Shown here piece after piece: positions 55,707 to 64,000 of a DNA stretch of 64,000 bases; positions within the stretch are counted from its first letter, which is position 1, and each line of letters begins with the position of its first letter. Source of the DNA: an uncultured delta proteobacterium (lineage in GTDB: Bacteria > Myxococcota_A > Polyangia > Palsa-1104); the NCBI GenBank assembly GCA_963785725.1, contig CAWAWS010000006.1, positions 192,001 to 256,000 of the forward strand. Direction: 5' to 3'. A model generated the notes under the pieces. The model was not told the DNA's origin. It was given only the letters and a program-made list of their open reading frames with translations, and did no database searches. Made by a program: the position numbers and the translations under genes.

Positions 55707-57642
55707 TCATTCGCGCGGCTTGATGAGCTGGAAGTAGCGCTTGATGAAGTAGCGATAACCGGGCGGCACGCGCTCCTTCGACATGACCTCTTCGACCACC
55801 GCCGTGTAGTCGCCGTAAACGCGCTTGTAGCCCGTCGAGGCGAAGCCTTTTTCGGCCGACCCCAGAGATCGTCTGGCTGCGCGACGGTCCGGCGCCTTGC
55901 GCGCCCTCGACGCGCGTGTCGTGCCGCTTGCCGCCGAGCGTGGTCGCGTCGCCCATGAGGTTCGCGTCGTGCTCTTTGCCGATGCCGTCGCCGCCGGGCA
56001 GCTCTTGGCCCGGCCCTTTGCCGCTCGGCCCCGGCTTTTCCTGCCCCGGCCCTGGTCCCATCGGCAGCGGCAACAGCAGCATCGTGTCCGACTTCCCGCC
56101 GTTTTCGCCGAGGATGAGCGTGTCCGACTTGCCGCCGGCGTGCTGATTGAACTCGCGTAGCCGCTCGTCGCCTTTGTCGCCCTTGCCTTTGCCGCCTTTG
56201 CCGTTCGCCTGCTGCTGCGACTGCTCTTGGCCTTGCCCGTCTTTGCCTTGACCGCTTTGGCCGTTACGCCCCTGCGACGACTTGCCCGCGCGCCGCAGCA
56301 CCTCCTTGATCTCGGCGATCTGCATCTGCGCGCGGCCTTGATTGCCGAGCTTCGTCATCTCGCTCTGCATCTGCCGCATCTGCTCGGCCAGCTGCTGCAG
56401 CGCCTGCGGCGACAGCTTCTGTCGCAGCTGCTCGGCGGCGCGCTCCATCTCGCGCTGCAGCCGCTGCAGCTGCCGCTGCTGCTCGGCGCGCTGCTGCTTT
56501 TCGCGCTCGAGCCGCTGCAGCTCCCGCTGATTGCGCTGCAATTTACGCTGCAGCTCCTCGTCCTTCGGCCGCTCGGCCAACTCCTTCTTGAGCCGCCGCT
56601 CCTCGTCCCGCAGCTTCTGCTCTTCTGCTTGCTGCTTCTTCTCTTCCGCCGATTTTTCCTGCTGCTTCGCCGCCTCTTCGAGCGCGCGCGCCATCTCCTC
56701 GCGCTGCTGCTGCTCGAACTTCGAATCCGGCTTGGGCTCGTTGGCGCGCGCTTCGGCCTCGGCGGCCAGCTTCTGCAGCTCCTTTTGCGCCTTGGCCGGG
56801 TCGTCCTCTTGCAGCGCGCGTCCTGTCTCCGCCAGCTTCTTCGACTTCGCCAGCTCCGTGCCCGCTTTGCGCAGCTTCTGCTTCAGCTCGTCGAGCTGCC
56901 CGTCGCTGGCGCGCAAATATTGGTTCTCGAGCTGCGCCAGCTTGTCGAAGGCCTGTTTGCGCGTCAGCTCCTCGGCGTCGATCTGCTGCAGCAGCTGATT
57001 GAGCTCGTTCGCCAGCTGCTTCGTGTCCTCGTCGCCGCTCTGCGCTGCCTGCGCCGCCAGCGCCGCCGCCGCTTGCCGCTCGGGCTCGAGCAGCGCGCGG
57101 TCGACCGTCAGCCGCGGCGGCAACGGCGGCAGCGCGGCGAGCTTGGCGTGCGTCGGAAACTGCAGCAGCGCCACCAACGCCGCCACCGTGCCGACGACGG
57201 CCGCCGCGCCCAGCGCTTCCGGCCGCTGCCACGGCGCGGCGCGGCGCGGCTCGACCGTGCGCGCGGCCGCTTCGGCGTCGGCGATGGCGGCGAGCATGAA
57301 CGGCGTCGGCGCGGCCTCGGCGGCGAAGGCCAGCGCCGAGCGCAGTCGATCGTGGAGGCCGTGCGTGCGATCGATCGCCAACGCCGCGCGATCGAGCGGA
57401 ATCCGCCGCAACGCCCGCTCGAGCGCGCCGGCGACGACGACGAGCAGCGCCACCAGGCCCGCCATGAGGAGGCCGCGCTGGCCGAAGACGCGCAGGCGCC
57501 ACAGATAGACCGCGCCCAGCATCAGCGTCGCCGCGACGACCGCCGCGCGCGCGCCACCGTCGAGCGCCGCTTGCAGTCGCAAACGCCGGCGCACCGAGCG
57601 GAGCGGGCTCGCGAACGTCATGCGCTTCAGTATGTCCGTCAT
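55707..57642 (-). CDS. Membrane-anchored Gln/Glu/Lys-rich coiled-coil protein (DUF4175-like), +1 frameshift near 55866
   Basis: Start MTDILKR overlapping the tldE stop; TM helices, IDRTHGLHDRLRSAL, long coiled coil. Deleting one base restores the C-terminus ..TILGSAEKGFASTGYKRVYGDY..VPPGYRYFIKRYFQLIKPRE*. Confidence 0.75.
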
Positions 57643-58998
57643 CCGCTGAAGTTCCAGCCGCGCACGAGCAGCGTCGGGCAGACGTACCAGGCGTCGCCGA
57701 GGCCGCCGGCGACGAGCGTGCGCGCGCGGCTGGCGCCGCCGAGGCGGCGGCCGGCGTCGAGCAGCGACTCGGTCCAGCGCTGGTTGGCGGCGGCGCCGGT
57801 GAGGCGGCCGTTTTCGATGTGCCAGACGCCGTCGCGGGTCATGCCGGTCATGAGCGCGCGGCGCGTGTCGAGCAGGCCGTTGACGTAGTGAAAGCGCGAG
57901 ATGTAGAGGCCGCGTTCGACGCGCGACACCAGCTCGTCGACGGTGGCGTCGCCGCCGGCGAGCATCAAATGTTGCGGCGCCGGTCCGCCGTCGGCGAAGT
58001 CGTCGGCGATGGAGGCGGCGTGGCCCGTCGACGCGGCGCCGGCGTGCGCGGCGGTGGCGCGATCGTAGACCACGGCGCGCGCGATGCCACCGTCGAGAAA
58101 CGTGACGCGCCGGCGCGGCGTGCCTTCGGCGTCGAAGGGCGCGCTCGGGCAGCCGTCCTCGCCGCTCGTGGCGTCGTCGTAGAGTGTGAGCGCGCCGGTG
58201 ATCGCCTCGCCGATGCGGCCGGCCAGCGCCGACGAGCCGTCCTCCAAGCTGCGCGCGCCGAGCGACGTCAGCGCCAGCCACTCGAGCAGCTCGGCGACCG
58301 CGTGCGGCTCGAGCACGACGTCGTATTCGCCGGGCGCCAGCGGCGACGGCGCGCGGGAACGAGCCGCGCGCGCGATGGTGTCGTCGACGAGCGCCTCGTG
58401 ATCGCCCGTGACGTCGGCGAAGCTGCGGCCGTCGCGCGAGCGGCGTCCGCTTCCGCGATCGTCGCTGGCGATGAGGTCGAAGCGCGCCCGCGTCGTCGCG
58501 TGCACGCGGCGCGCGCCCGCCGACGTGGCGACGGCGAGGGTCGTCGTGCCGGTCGCGCACGAGCCGGCCGCGGTCATGCCTGCTTTGGCGCAGGCGGTGA
58601 AGGCGTGACCGACGGCGGCCGCGCGCGCCTCGGCGGTGACGTTGGCGGTGGCGGCGTCGAACGCAGCCGCATGCGGCGCGACGGCTTCGGCGCCGTCGGC
58701 AAAGCCGGCCACCTCCGCTTCCGGCAGCGCCGCCGCCAGCCCGCGCGCGCGACCGAGCGCCGCCGCCAACGCCGCGTCGTCGACGGCGTTGACGCGCGCC
58801 GCGCCCACGCGCCGGCCGAGGGCGACGCGCGCCTGCACCGTCTGGTCGACGACGTCGCTGGTTTGCGTCACGCGCGAGCCGGCGAAGCGCGTCGTGCCCG
58901 CGCGACCGCCGTGATACGACAGCTCGGCCGCGCCGCCGAAGCGGGCGATCGCGCGTGCCAGCCGCTCCAAGAATCTCGTCGCCGCCGTGGTCGCTCAC
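57639..58998 (-). CDS. tldE: TldE/PmbA-family protein (probable +1 error near 58972)
   Basis: TTRFAGSRVTQ, PGEYDVVLEP, PFDAEGTP, GLYISRFHY, TGMTRDG. A GTG overlapping the tldD stop becomes in-frame if one base at 58972/58973 is removed; otherwise TTG at 58970. Confidence 0.85.
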
Positions 58999-60485
58999 GT
59001 GCCGCTCCCGACGGTGACGCCGGCGAAGCGCGCGGGCGGGCAGCCGTGACCGACGGCCATGAGCTGCATCGGGTCGCCTTTGCCGCAGCTCGTGAGGCCC
59101 CACATGCGAAAGCTGGCGGGATTGCCGACGGCGTCGCAGCTCTGCCAAAAACGCGGCGTGCTGCCGCCGTAAACGGGGTTCTTCAGGATGCGCGTGCGCT
59201 TGCCGCCTTTGATCTCCCAGGCGATCTCGCAGCCGAACTGGAAATTGAGCCGTAAATCGTCGATCGACCAGCTCTTGTTGTTGCCCATCACGACGCCGTC
59301 GCGGGTGTCGGCGATGAGCTCGTCGAGCGACGGGCCGCGCGGATCGGGCTCGAGTGAGACGTTGATCATGCGCACGATGGGGAAGCGGTGCCAGGCTTCG
59401 GCGCGCAGGCAGCCGCCCGAGCGCGGCAGGCCGAGTCGCGCGGCGGTCTCGCGCGACGTCAGGTAGCCGACGAACTGCCCGCGGGCGACGAGCGGCGTGC
59501 GCGTCGCGGGCACGCCTTCGTCGTCCCAGCCGAAGCTGCCGAGTGCGCCCGCCGTCGTCGCGTCGGCGCTCAAGTTGACCCGCTGCGAGCCGTAGCGGAA
59601 GCGGCCCAGGCGATCGGGCGTCAGGAACGACGCGCCGGCGAGCGAGACCTCGTCGCCGAACGCGCGATCGCTCTCGGTCGGATGGCCGCACGACTCGTGG
59701 ATCTGCAGGGCCAGCTGCGTCGTGTCGAGGATGACGTGGGTGGCGCCGGCCGGGCAGGGCGGTGCCGTCAAGAGCGCGCAGGCTTCGTCGGCAAGCGGCG
59801 CCGCGTGGCCGACCAAGTCGAAGCCGGTGACGACCTCGAAGCCGCCGGCCGCGACGCCGCCGTCGAGCTCCATCGGATACGAGCGGTGCGCCACTTCGTC
59901 ACCTTCGCCGACGGTGACCTTCATGCCGCAGCCGGCGTAGCTGATGAGCTGCGTGACGTAGCTGCCGTCGGAGGTGGCGAGCGCTTTGTCTTGGCGGCGG
60001 GCGCTGACGTGAGCGCTGGCGCTGCGGATGCGCGCGCCGGCGGCGGCGCGCAGGGCGTCGGTGGCGGCCGAGAGCAGCGCCAATTTGTCGGCGAGCGGCA
60101 CGGCGAAGGCGTCGACGGCGACGGGCGTGGCCCAATGGCCGCGCTGCGGCTCCTCTTCGGCCAAGCCGACGGGCGCGCGGTTGACGGCGGCGGCGGCGCG
60201 GGCGACGGCGAGCGCGGCGTCGGCGGCCTCGTGCAGCGCCGCGGCATCATTGCGATCGCCGGCACGAGCCGCAAATCCCCAGGCGCCGCCGTTGGGCCCG
60301 ACGACGAGGACGCGCACGCCGAAGCCGGACGAGCTGGCGCGAAAGTGGCGTTCGACGCGGCCGTCGCGCACGGCCAGCTGCTCGCGTTCGTCGACGACGT
60401 GGCGGGCATCGGCAAAGGTGGCACCGCGGCGACGCATGTGCGCCACGGCATCGACAAGGAGGCTCACGCCGCGCGAGGTTAGCAT
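58995..60485 (-). CDS. tldD: TldD-family metalloprotease
   Basis: GFGVRV..GAWGFA, zinc motif IHESCGHPTE, WDDEGV, RMINV, CGKGDP; start 60485 or 60467. Confidence 0.92.
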   Translation of the reverse strand: MLTSRGVSLLVDAVAHMRRRGATFADARHVVDEREQLAVRDGRVERHFRASSSGFGVRVLVVGPNGGAWGFAARAGDRNDAAALHEAADAALAVARAAAAVNRAPVGLAEEEPQRGHWATPVAVDAFAVPLADKLALLSAATDALRAAAGARIRSASAHVSARRQDKALATSDGSYVTQLISYAGCGMKVTVGEGDEVAHRSYPMELDGGVAAGGFEVVTGFDLVGHAAPLADEACALLTAPPCPAGATHVILDTTQLALQIHESCGHPTESDRAFGDEVSLAGASFLTPDRLGRFRYGSQRVNLSADATTAGALGSFGWDDEGVPATRTPLVARGQFVGYLTSRETAARLGLPRSGGCLRAEAWHRFPIVRMINVSLEPDPRGPSLDELIADTRDGVVMGNNKSWSIDDLRLNFQFGCEIAWEIKGGKRTRILKNPVYGGSTPRFWQSCDAVGNPASFRMWGLTSCGKGDPMQLMAVGHGCPPARFAGVTVGSGT

Positions 60486-60513
60486 GATAAGATGGGACGG
60501 CCTCGGAGGCTCG

Positions 60514-62106
60514 ATGATTCGCTTAGGACTACGGCGCGCAGCGCTCGCGACGCTGCTGATTCTCGCCGGTTGTGACAGCCCGCCGCCCGTCGGCAGCGCG
60601 CACGCGGCCCTGGTCGCCGGCTGCAACGTCGACGCCGACTGCATCGCCGCCTACGGCTCCACGCTCGGCGCGTCGGCGACGGTGACCTGCAACCAGACGA
60701 CGCACGTCTGCGACGTGGTGACCACGACGGCCTGCGCCGGCGACGGCGACTGCGACGACAATAATCCGTGCACGATCGACACCTGCACCGGCACCGTGTG
60801 CGCGAACACGCCGACGATCGGCCTCGGCTGCTGCCTGACGGCCGCGACCTGCCTCGGCGCCAACGGCTGCCAGACCGCGGTCTGCTCCGACTCCGAGTGC
60901 GGCTTCGTGGCCAAGAGCGGCGGCACCGGCTGCTGCAACGTCGGCAGCGACTGCGCCGGCACCGCGACGTGCACCGCCAACACCTGCAGCTGCCCCGCCG
61001 GTAAAACCTACTGTCCAACGGTCGGCTGCGTCAGCGGCAGCGCCTGCTGCGTCAACGCCGATTGCAGCGGCGGCAACGTCTGCAGCGACGGCAGCTGCGT
61101 ATGCCCCGCCGGCGACAAATCGTGCGGCGCCACCTGCGTGCCGACGAGCGGCTGCTGCAGCGCCGCCGAATGCACCGTCGGCAACGGCTGCCAGTCCGCG
61201 ACCTGCTCGTCGGCCGGCGTCTGCGGCGTCACCAGCAGCGGCGGCGCCGGCTGCTGCAACGGCAACACCGACTGCGGCGGCGGCTCCACCTGCGACACGG
61301 CGAGCAACCGCTGCGTCTGCGGCGGCGGCCAGAAATTGTGTGCCGGCGCGACGCCCGGCGCCGACGTGTGCACGAGCGGCTGCTGCACGGCCAGCGATTG
61401 CGCCGCGATTCCCAACGGCACCGTCACCTGCGACACGTCGACGCACACCTGTGTCGCCGGCTCGTGTGACGCCACGTTCCACATTTGTAGCGGCGCCTGC
61501 GTCAGCAACGGCAGCGTCAACAGCTGCGGCGCGACGTCGTGCACCGCCTGCCCGGCCGGCGACTCGTGCCAGACGCCGGCGTGCAACGCGTCGACGAGCT
61601 GCGGCTTCGTCGCGTCGGGCCCGTCGCCGTGCTGCAACACGCTCACCGATTGCGTCGCCGCCAACAGCTGCCAAGTGCCGAGCGCCTGCAACGCCACCAC
61701 CAATCGCTGCAAATTCACCGGCAAGACCGGCGTCAGCGGCTGCTGCACGACCGCCACCGACTGCGCGCTGCCGAGCGACGCCTGCCTCGAGCGCACCTGC
61801 GTCGCCAACCAGTGCGGCACGGCGCCCATCAGCGGCTGCACCGACGACGGCGGCATCGCGCCCGACATGCTGAGCCCGCGCGACATGGCCGCGCACGACG
61901 CCTCGGTCGATCTCAGCGTGCCCGATCTGGCGCTGCCCGGCGCCGATCTCGGCAAGTCGACGACGCCCGATCTGGCCGGGCTGTCGCTGAGCGGCGGCGG
62001 TGGTTGCGCCGTCGCCGGCCATGACGCGGCGCCGCCCTGGGCGGCGTTGGCGTTGGCCCTCGCACTCGCACTGTCAGCGTTCGCCCGCCGCCGCCGAACC
62101 CAATGA
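60514..62106 (+). CDS. Cys-rich surface protein with lipobox and MYXO-CTERM (TraA-like)
   Basis: LLILAG|C lipobox; eight CC-x4/5-C Cys-rich repeats; Asp/Pro-rich stalk; C-terminal GGGGCAVA..TM..RRRR sorting signal. Confidence 0.8.
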   Translation: MIRLGLRRAALATLLILAGCDSPPPVGSAHAALVAGCNVDADCIAAYGSTLGASATVTCNQTTHVCDVVTTTACAGDGDCDDNNPCTIDTCTGTVCANTPTIGLGCCLTAATCLGANGCQTAVCSDSECGFVAKSGGTGCCNVGSDCAGTATCTANTCSCPAGKTYCPTVGCVSGSACCVNADCSGGNVCSDGSCVCPAGDKSCGATCVPTSGCCSAAECTVGNGCQSATCSSAGVCGVTSSGGAGCCNGNTDCGGGSTCDTASNRCVCGGGQKLCAGATPGADVCTSGCCTASDCAAIPNGTVTCDTSTHTCVAGSCDATFHICSGACVSNGSVNSCGATSCTACPAGDSCQTPACNASTSCGFVASGPSPCCNTLTDCVAANSCQVPSACNATTNRCKFTGKTGVSGCCTTATDCALPSDACLERTCVANQCGTAPISGCTDDGGIAPDMLSPRDMAAHDASVDLSVPDLALPGADLGKSTTPDLAGLSLSGGGGCAVAGHDAAPPWAALALALALALSAFARRRRTQ

Positions 62107-63863
62107 GCCGATCTCTCGTCGCTAAATTCACCGTCGCCGCCGCCGTCCTCTTTGCGTCCGCCGCCGCGTACGCGCAGAGCGCCGCCTTCGACGCCCAGCA
62201 GTTCCATCCGTCGGCCACGTCGAATGGCTATCTCGGCGTCGACGGCGCCTTCGTGGCGCCGCACCTCGGCTACTCGGTCGGCATCTACGACAGCTACGCG
62301 CACGACGCGCTCGTCCTGCGCGCGCCGGTCGCCGAGCCGCTGGTGACGACGCAGCTGGCCGGCGATCTCGTGGCCAGCTTCGCCGTCCTCAATCGGCTCG
62401 AGCTCGGCATCGATCTGCCGTTCGGCTATCAACGTTATTACGTGACGCCGTCGTTCTTGCCGTCGCTGAAGTCGGTCGGCCTCGGCGATCTGCGGCTCGA
62501 GCTGAAGGCGCTGTTGTGGGCGCCCGACGTCGCCGGCCAGCGCTTCGGCTTGAGCGTCGTCGCCGGCGCCAGCGCGCCCAGCGGCAACACGACCATGTTC
62601 CTCGGCCAAGACGGCTGGACCGGCCGCTTCCGCCTCGTCGGCGAATGGCGTAGCAGCCTGTTGTCGGTCGCCATCAACTTCGGCGCCGTCGTGCGCAGCG
62701 ATCGCGACTTCGGCGACTTGCACGTCGGCACGCAGCTCGTCTGGGGCGTCGGCGCCGCGGTGCCGTTGCCGCTCGGCTTCGCCCTCCTCGGCGAGGCGCG
62801 CGGCCTCATCGGCGTCGGCCTGCCGAACGGCGCCTCGTTGACGCGCGCCGAGGCGCCCGCCGAATTGACCGTGGGCGCCCGCTGGCGCGCCAAGCTCGGC
62901 CTCGAGCTCATCGTCGCCGGTGGCACCGGCTTGTCGCGCGGCTACGGCACGCCCGACGGTCGCCTCATCGGCGGCATTCGCTACACGTCGCCCGAGCGCG
63001 CGCCCAAAGCGCCCGAGCGCGACCGCGACAACGACGGCGTCTTCGATCGCGACGACAAGTGCCCGAGCGAGCCCGGCCCGGCCAGCAACGGCGGCTGCCC
63101 GCTGCCTGCCGACAGCGATGGCGACGGCGTCCCCGATCGCGACGACAAGTGCCCGAACGAGCCGGGCGCGCGCGACAACGGCGGCTGCCCCGACCTCGAC
63201 AGCGACGGCGACAACGTCGTCGATCGGCTCGACAAGTGCCCCAACGAAGTCGGCCCGGCCGCCAATCACGGCTGCCCGCTCGCCGATCGCGACCGCGACG
63301 GCGTGCCCGACGGCAGCGATCGCTGCCCCGACAAAGCCGGCCCCATCGAGAACCAAGGCTGCCCCGACTTCGACAGCGACGGCGACGGCCTCGTCGATCG
63401 CCTCGACAAGTGCCCGTTCGATCCCGAGACGTACAACGGCGTCGCCGACGAGGACGGCTGCCCCGATCAGCCGGCGGCGCTGGCGGCGTGGACCGCCGAT
63501 CGCATCGCCATCTTCGAGCCCATCTTGTTCGTGAACGACGGCAGCATCGTCGACAAACGCAGCATGAAGCTGCTCGGAATCATCGCCCGCCTCATGAACC
63601 TGCACGCCGAGGTCTTGAAGTTCCGCGTCGAAGGTCACATGGACAACAAAGGCGCGGGCCTGACGCTGCTCGAGCTGTCGCGCGCGCGCGCCGCCAGTGT
63701 CCGTCGCTGGCTCATCGATGTCGGCCACGTCGACGGCCGCCGCTTGACGGCGCAAGGCTTCGGCGCCGACAAGCCCGTCGCCGACAATCGCGACTTCATC
63801 GGCCGCGCCAAGAACCGCCGCATCGACTTCGTCATCATCCAGAAGCTCGACAGCGGCCCGTAA
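62103..63863 (+). CDS. TraB-like outer-membrane protein: beta-barrel + thrombospondin type 3-like repeats + OmpA-C domain
   Basis: ATGA overlap; signal peptide; barrel with GLGDLRL; five D-x-D-x-D...D[KR]CP repeats; VEGHMD..LSRARA..GFG..P...NRRIDF. Confidence 0.88.
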   Translation: MSRSLVAKFTVAAAVLFASAAAYAQSAAFDAQQFHPSATSNGYLGVDGAFVAPHLGYSVGIYDSYAHDALVLRAPVAEPLVTTQLAGDLVASFAVLNRLELGIDLPFGYQRYYVTPSFLPSLKSVGLGDLRLELKALLWAPDVAGQRFGLSVVAGASAPSGNTTMFLGQDGWTGRFRLVGEWRSSLLSVAINFGAVVRSDRDFGDLHVGTQLVWGVGAAVPLPLGFALLGEARGLIGVGLPNGASLTRAEAPAELTVGARWRAKLGLELIVAGGTGLSRGYGTPDGRLIGGIRYTSPERAPKAPERDRDNDGVFDRDDKCPSEPGPASNGGCPLPADSDGDGVPDRDDKCPNEPGARDNGGCPDLDSDGDNVVDRLDKCPNEVGPAANHGCPLADRDRDGVPDGSDRCPDKAGPIENQGCPDFDSDGDGLVDRLDKCPFDPETYNGVADEDGCPDQPAALAAWTADRIAIFEPILFVNDGSIVDKRSMKLLGIIARLMNLHAEVLKFRVEGHMDNKGAGLTLLELSRARAASVRRWLIDVGHVDGRRLTAQGFGADKPVADNRDFIGRAKNRRIDFVIIQKLDSGP

Positions 63864-64000
63864 AAACCCGAGCGAAACGCGTGCGCGGTCACGAACGGCG
63901 GGCGCCGCTTTTTATTCACGGTTTCCGTCGCGGCACCGACTTTTTTGCGCGGTATCGTTCGCGACAATCTGTTTGCGCGCTTTTCGCTGGCGCGTTCGTA

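Noticed and set aside
58970..58998. tldD TGA in frame with tldE, suggesting stop read-through or a selenocysteine fusion
   Set aside because: Removing a single base restores an ordinary GTGA start/stop overlap, which is simpler; no SECIS-like element was recognised.
55702..59691. 1329-aa ORF, and likewise the 1477-aa ORF at 47551-51984
   Set aside because: Their N-terminal halves are Arg-rich off-frame read-through over real neighbouring genes; the true starts are at 57642 and 50232.
63864..64000. Terminator after the traB-like gene
   Set aside because: Only weak, short GC hairpins precede the T runs, not enough to call.

Overview
Very GC-rich bacterial DNA, most likely Myxococcota, probably Polyangia-like (inferred from a MYXO-CTERM protein and a receiver/DUF4388-like/J-domain protein). 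1-20.8 kb is the rpoC 3' end plus the str/S10/spc/alpha ribosomal superoperon, with rplC and infA absent from their usual positions. 20.9-24.5 kb is a minimal, highly diverged type III export-gate cluster (fliO/fliP/fliQ/fliR-like, a small beta-barrel gene, flhB-like) that has lost the Met-gasket and NPTH motifs. 24.5-34 kb is housekeeping: galU, priA, a pseudo-receiver/J-like protein, fmt, rsmB, rpe. 34.2-35.7 kb is a complete IS4-family element with terminal inverted repeats and a 10-bp target duplication, followed by tandem repeats, a P-loop kinase, a response regulator and tRNA-Pro(CGG). 37.9-44.8 kb is the best candidate for an undescribed system: a three-gene putative trans-envelope electron conduit made of a cNMP-like/4x[4Fe-4S]/di-heme-b membrane protein, a 30-heme periplasmic cytochrome of ten triheme modules, and an outer-membrane beta-barrel. 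44.8-60.5 kb (minus strand) holds a PAS/GAF histidine kinase with a receiver, a MoxR/DUF58/VWA cluster, a nested inverted-repeat element, an oxidoreductase, a coiled-coil protein and tldE/tldD. 60.5-63.9 kb is a traAB-like pair whose TraA-like member seems to lack the kin-recognition variable domain. Several single-base insertions, probably sequencing errors, break genes. All calls are by eye; no searches were run.
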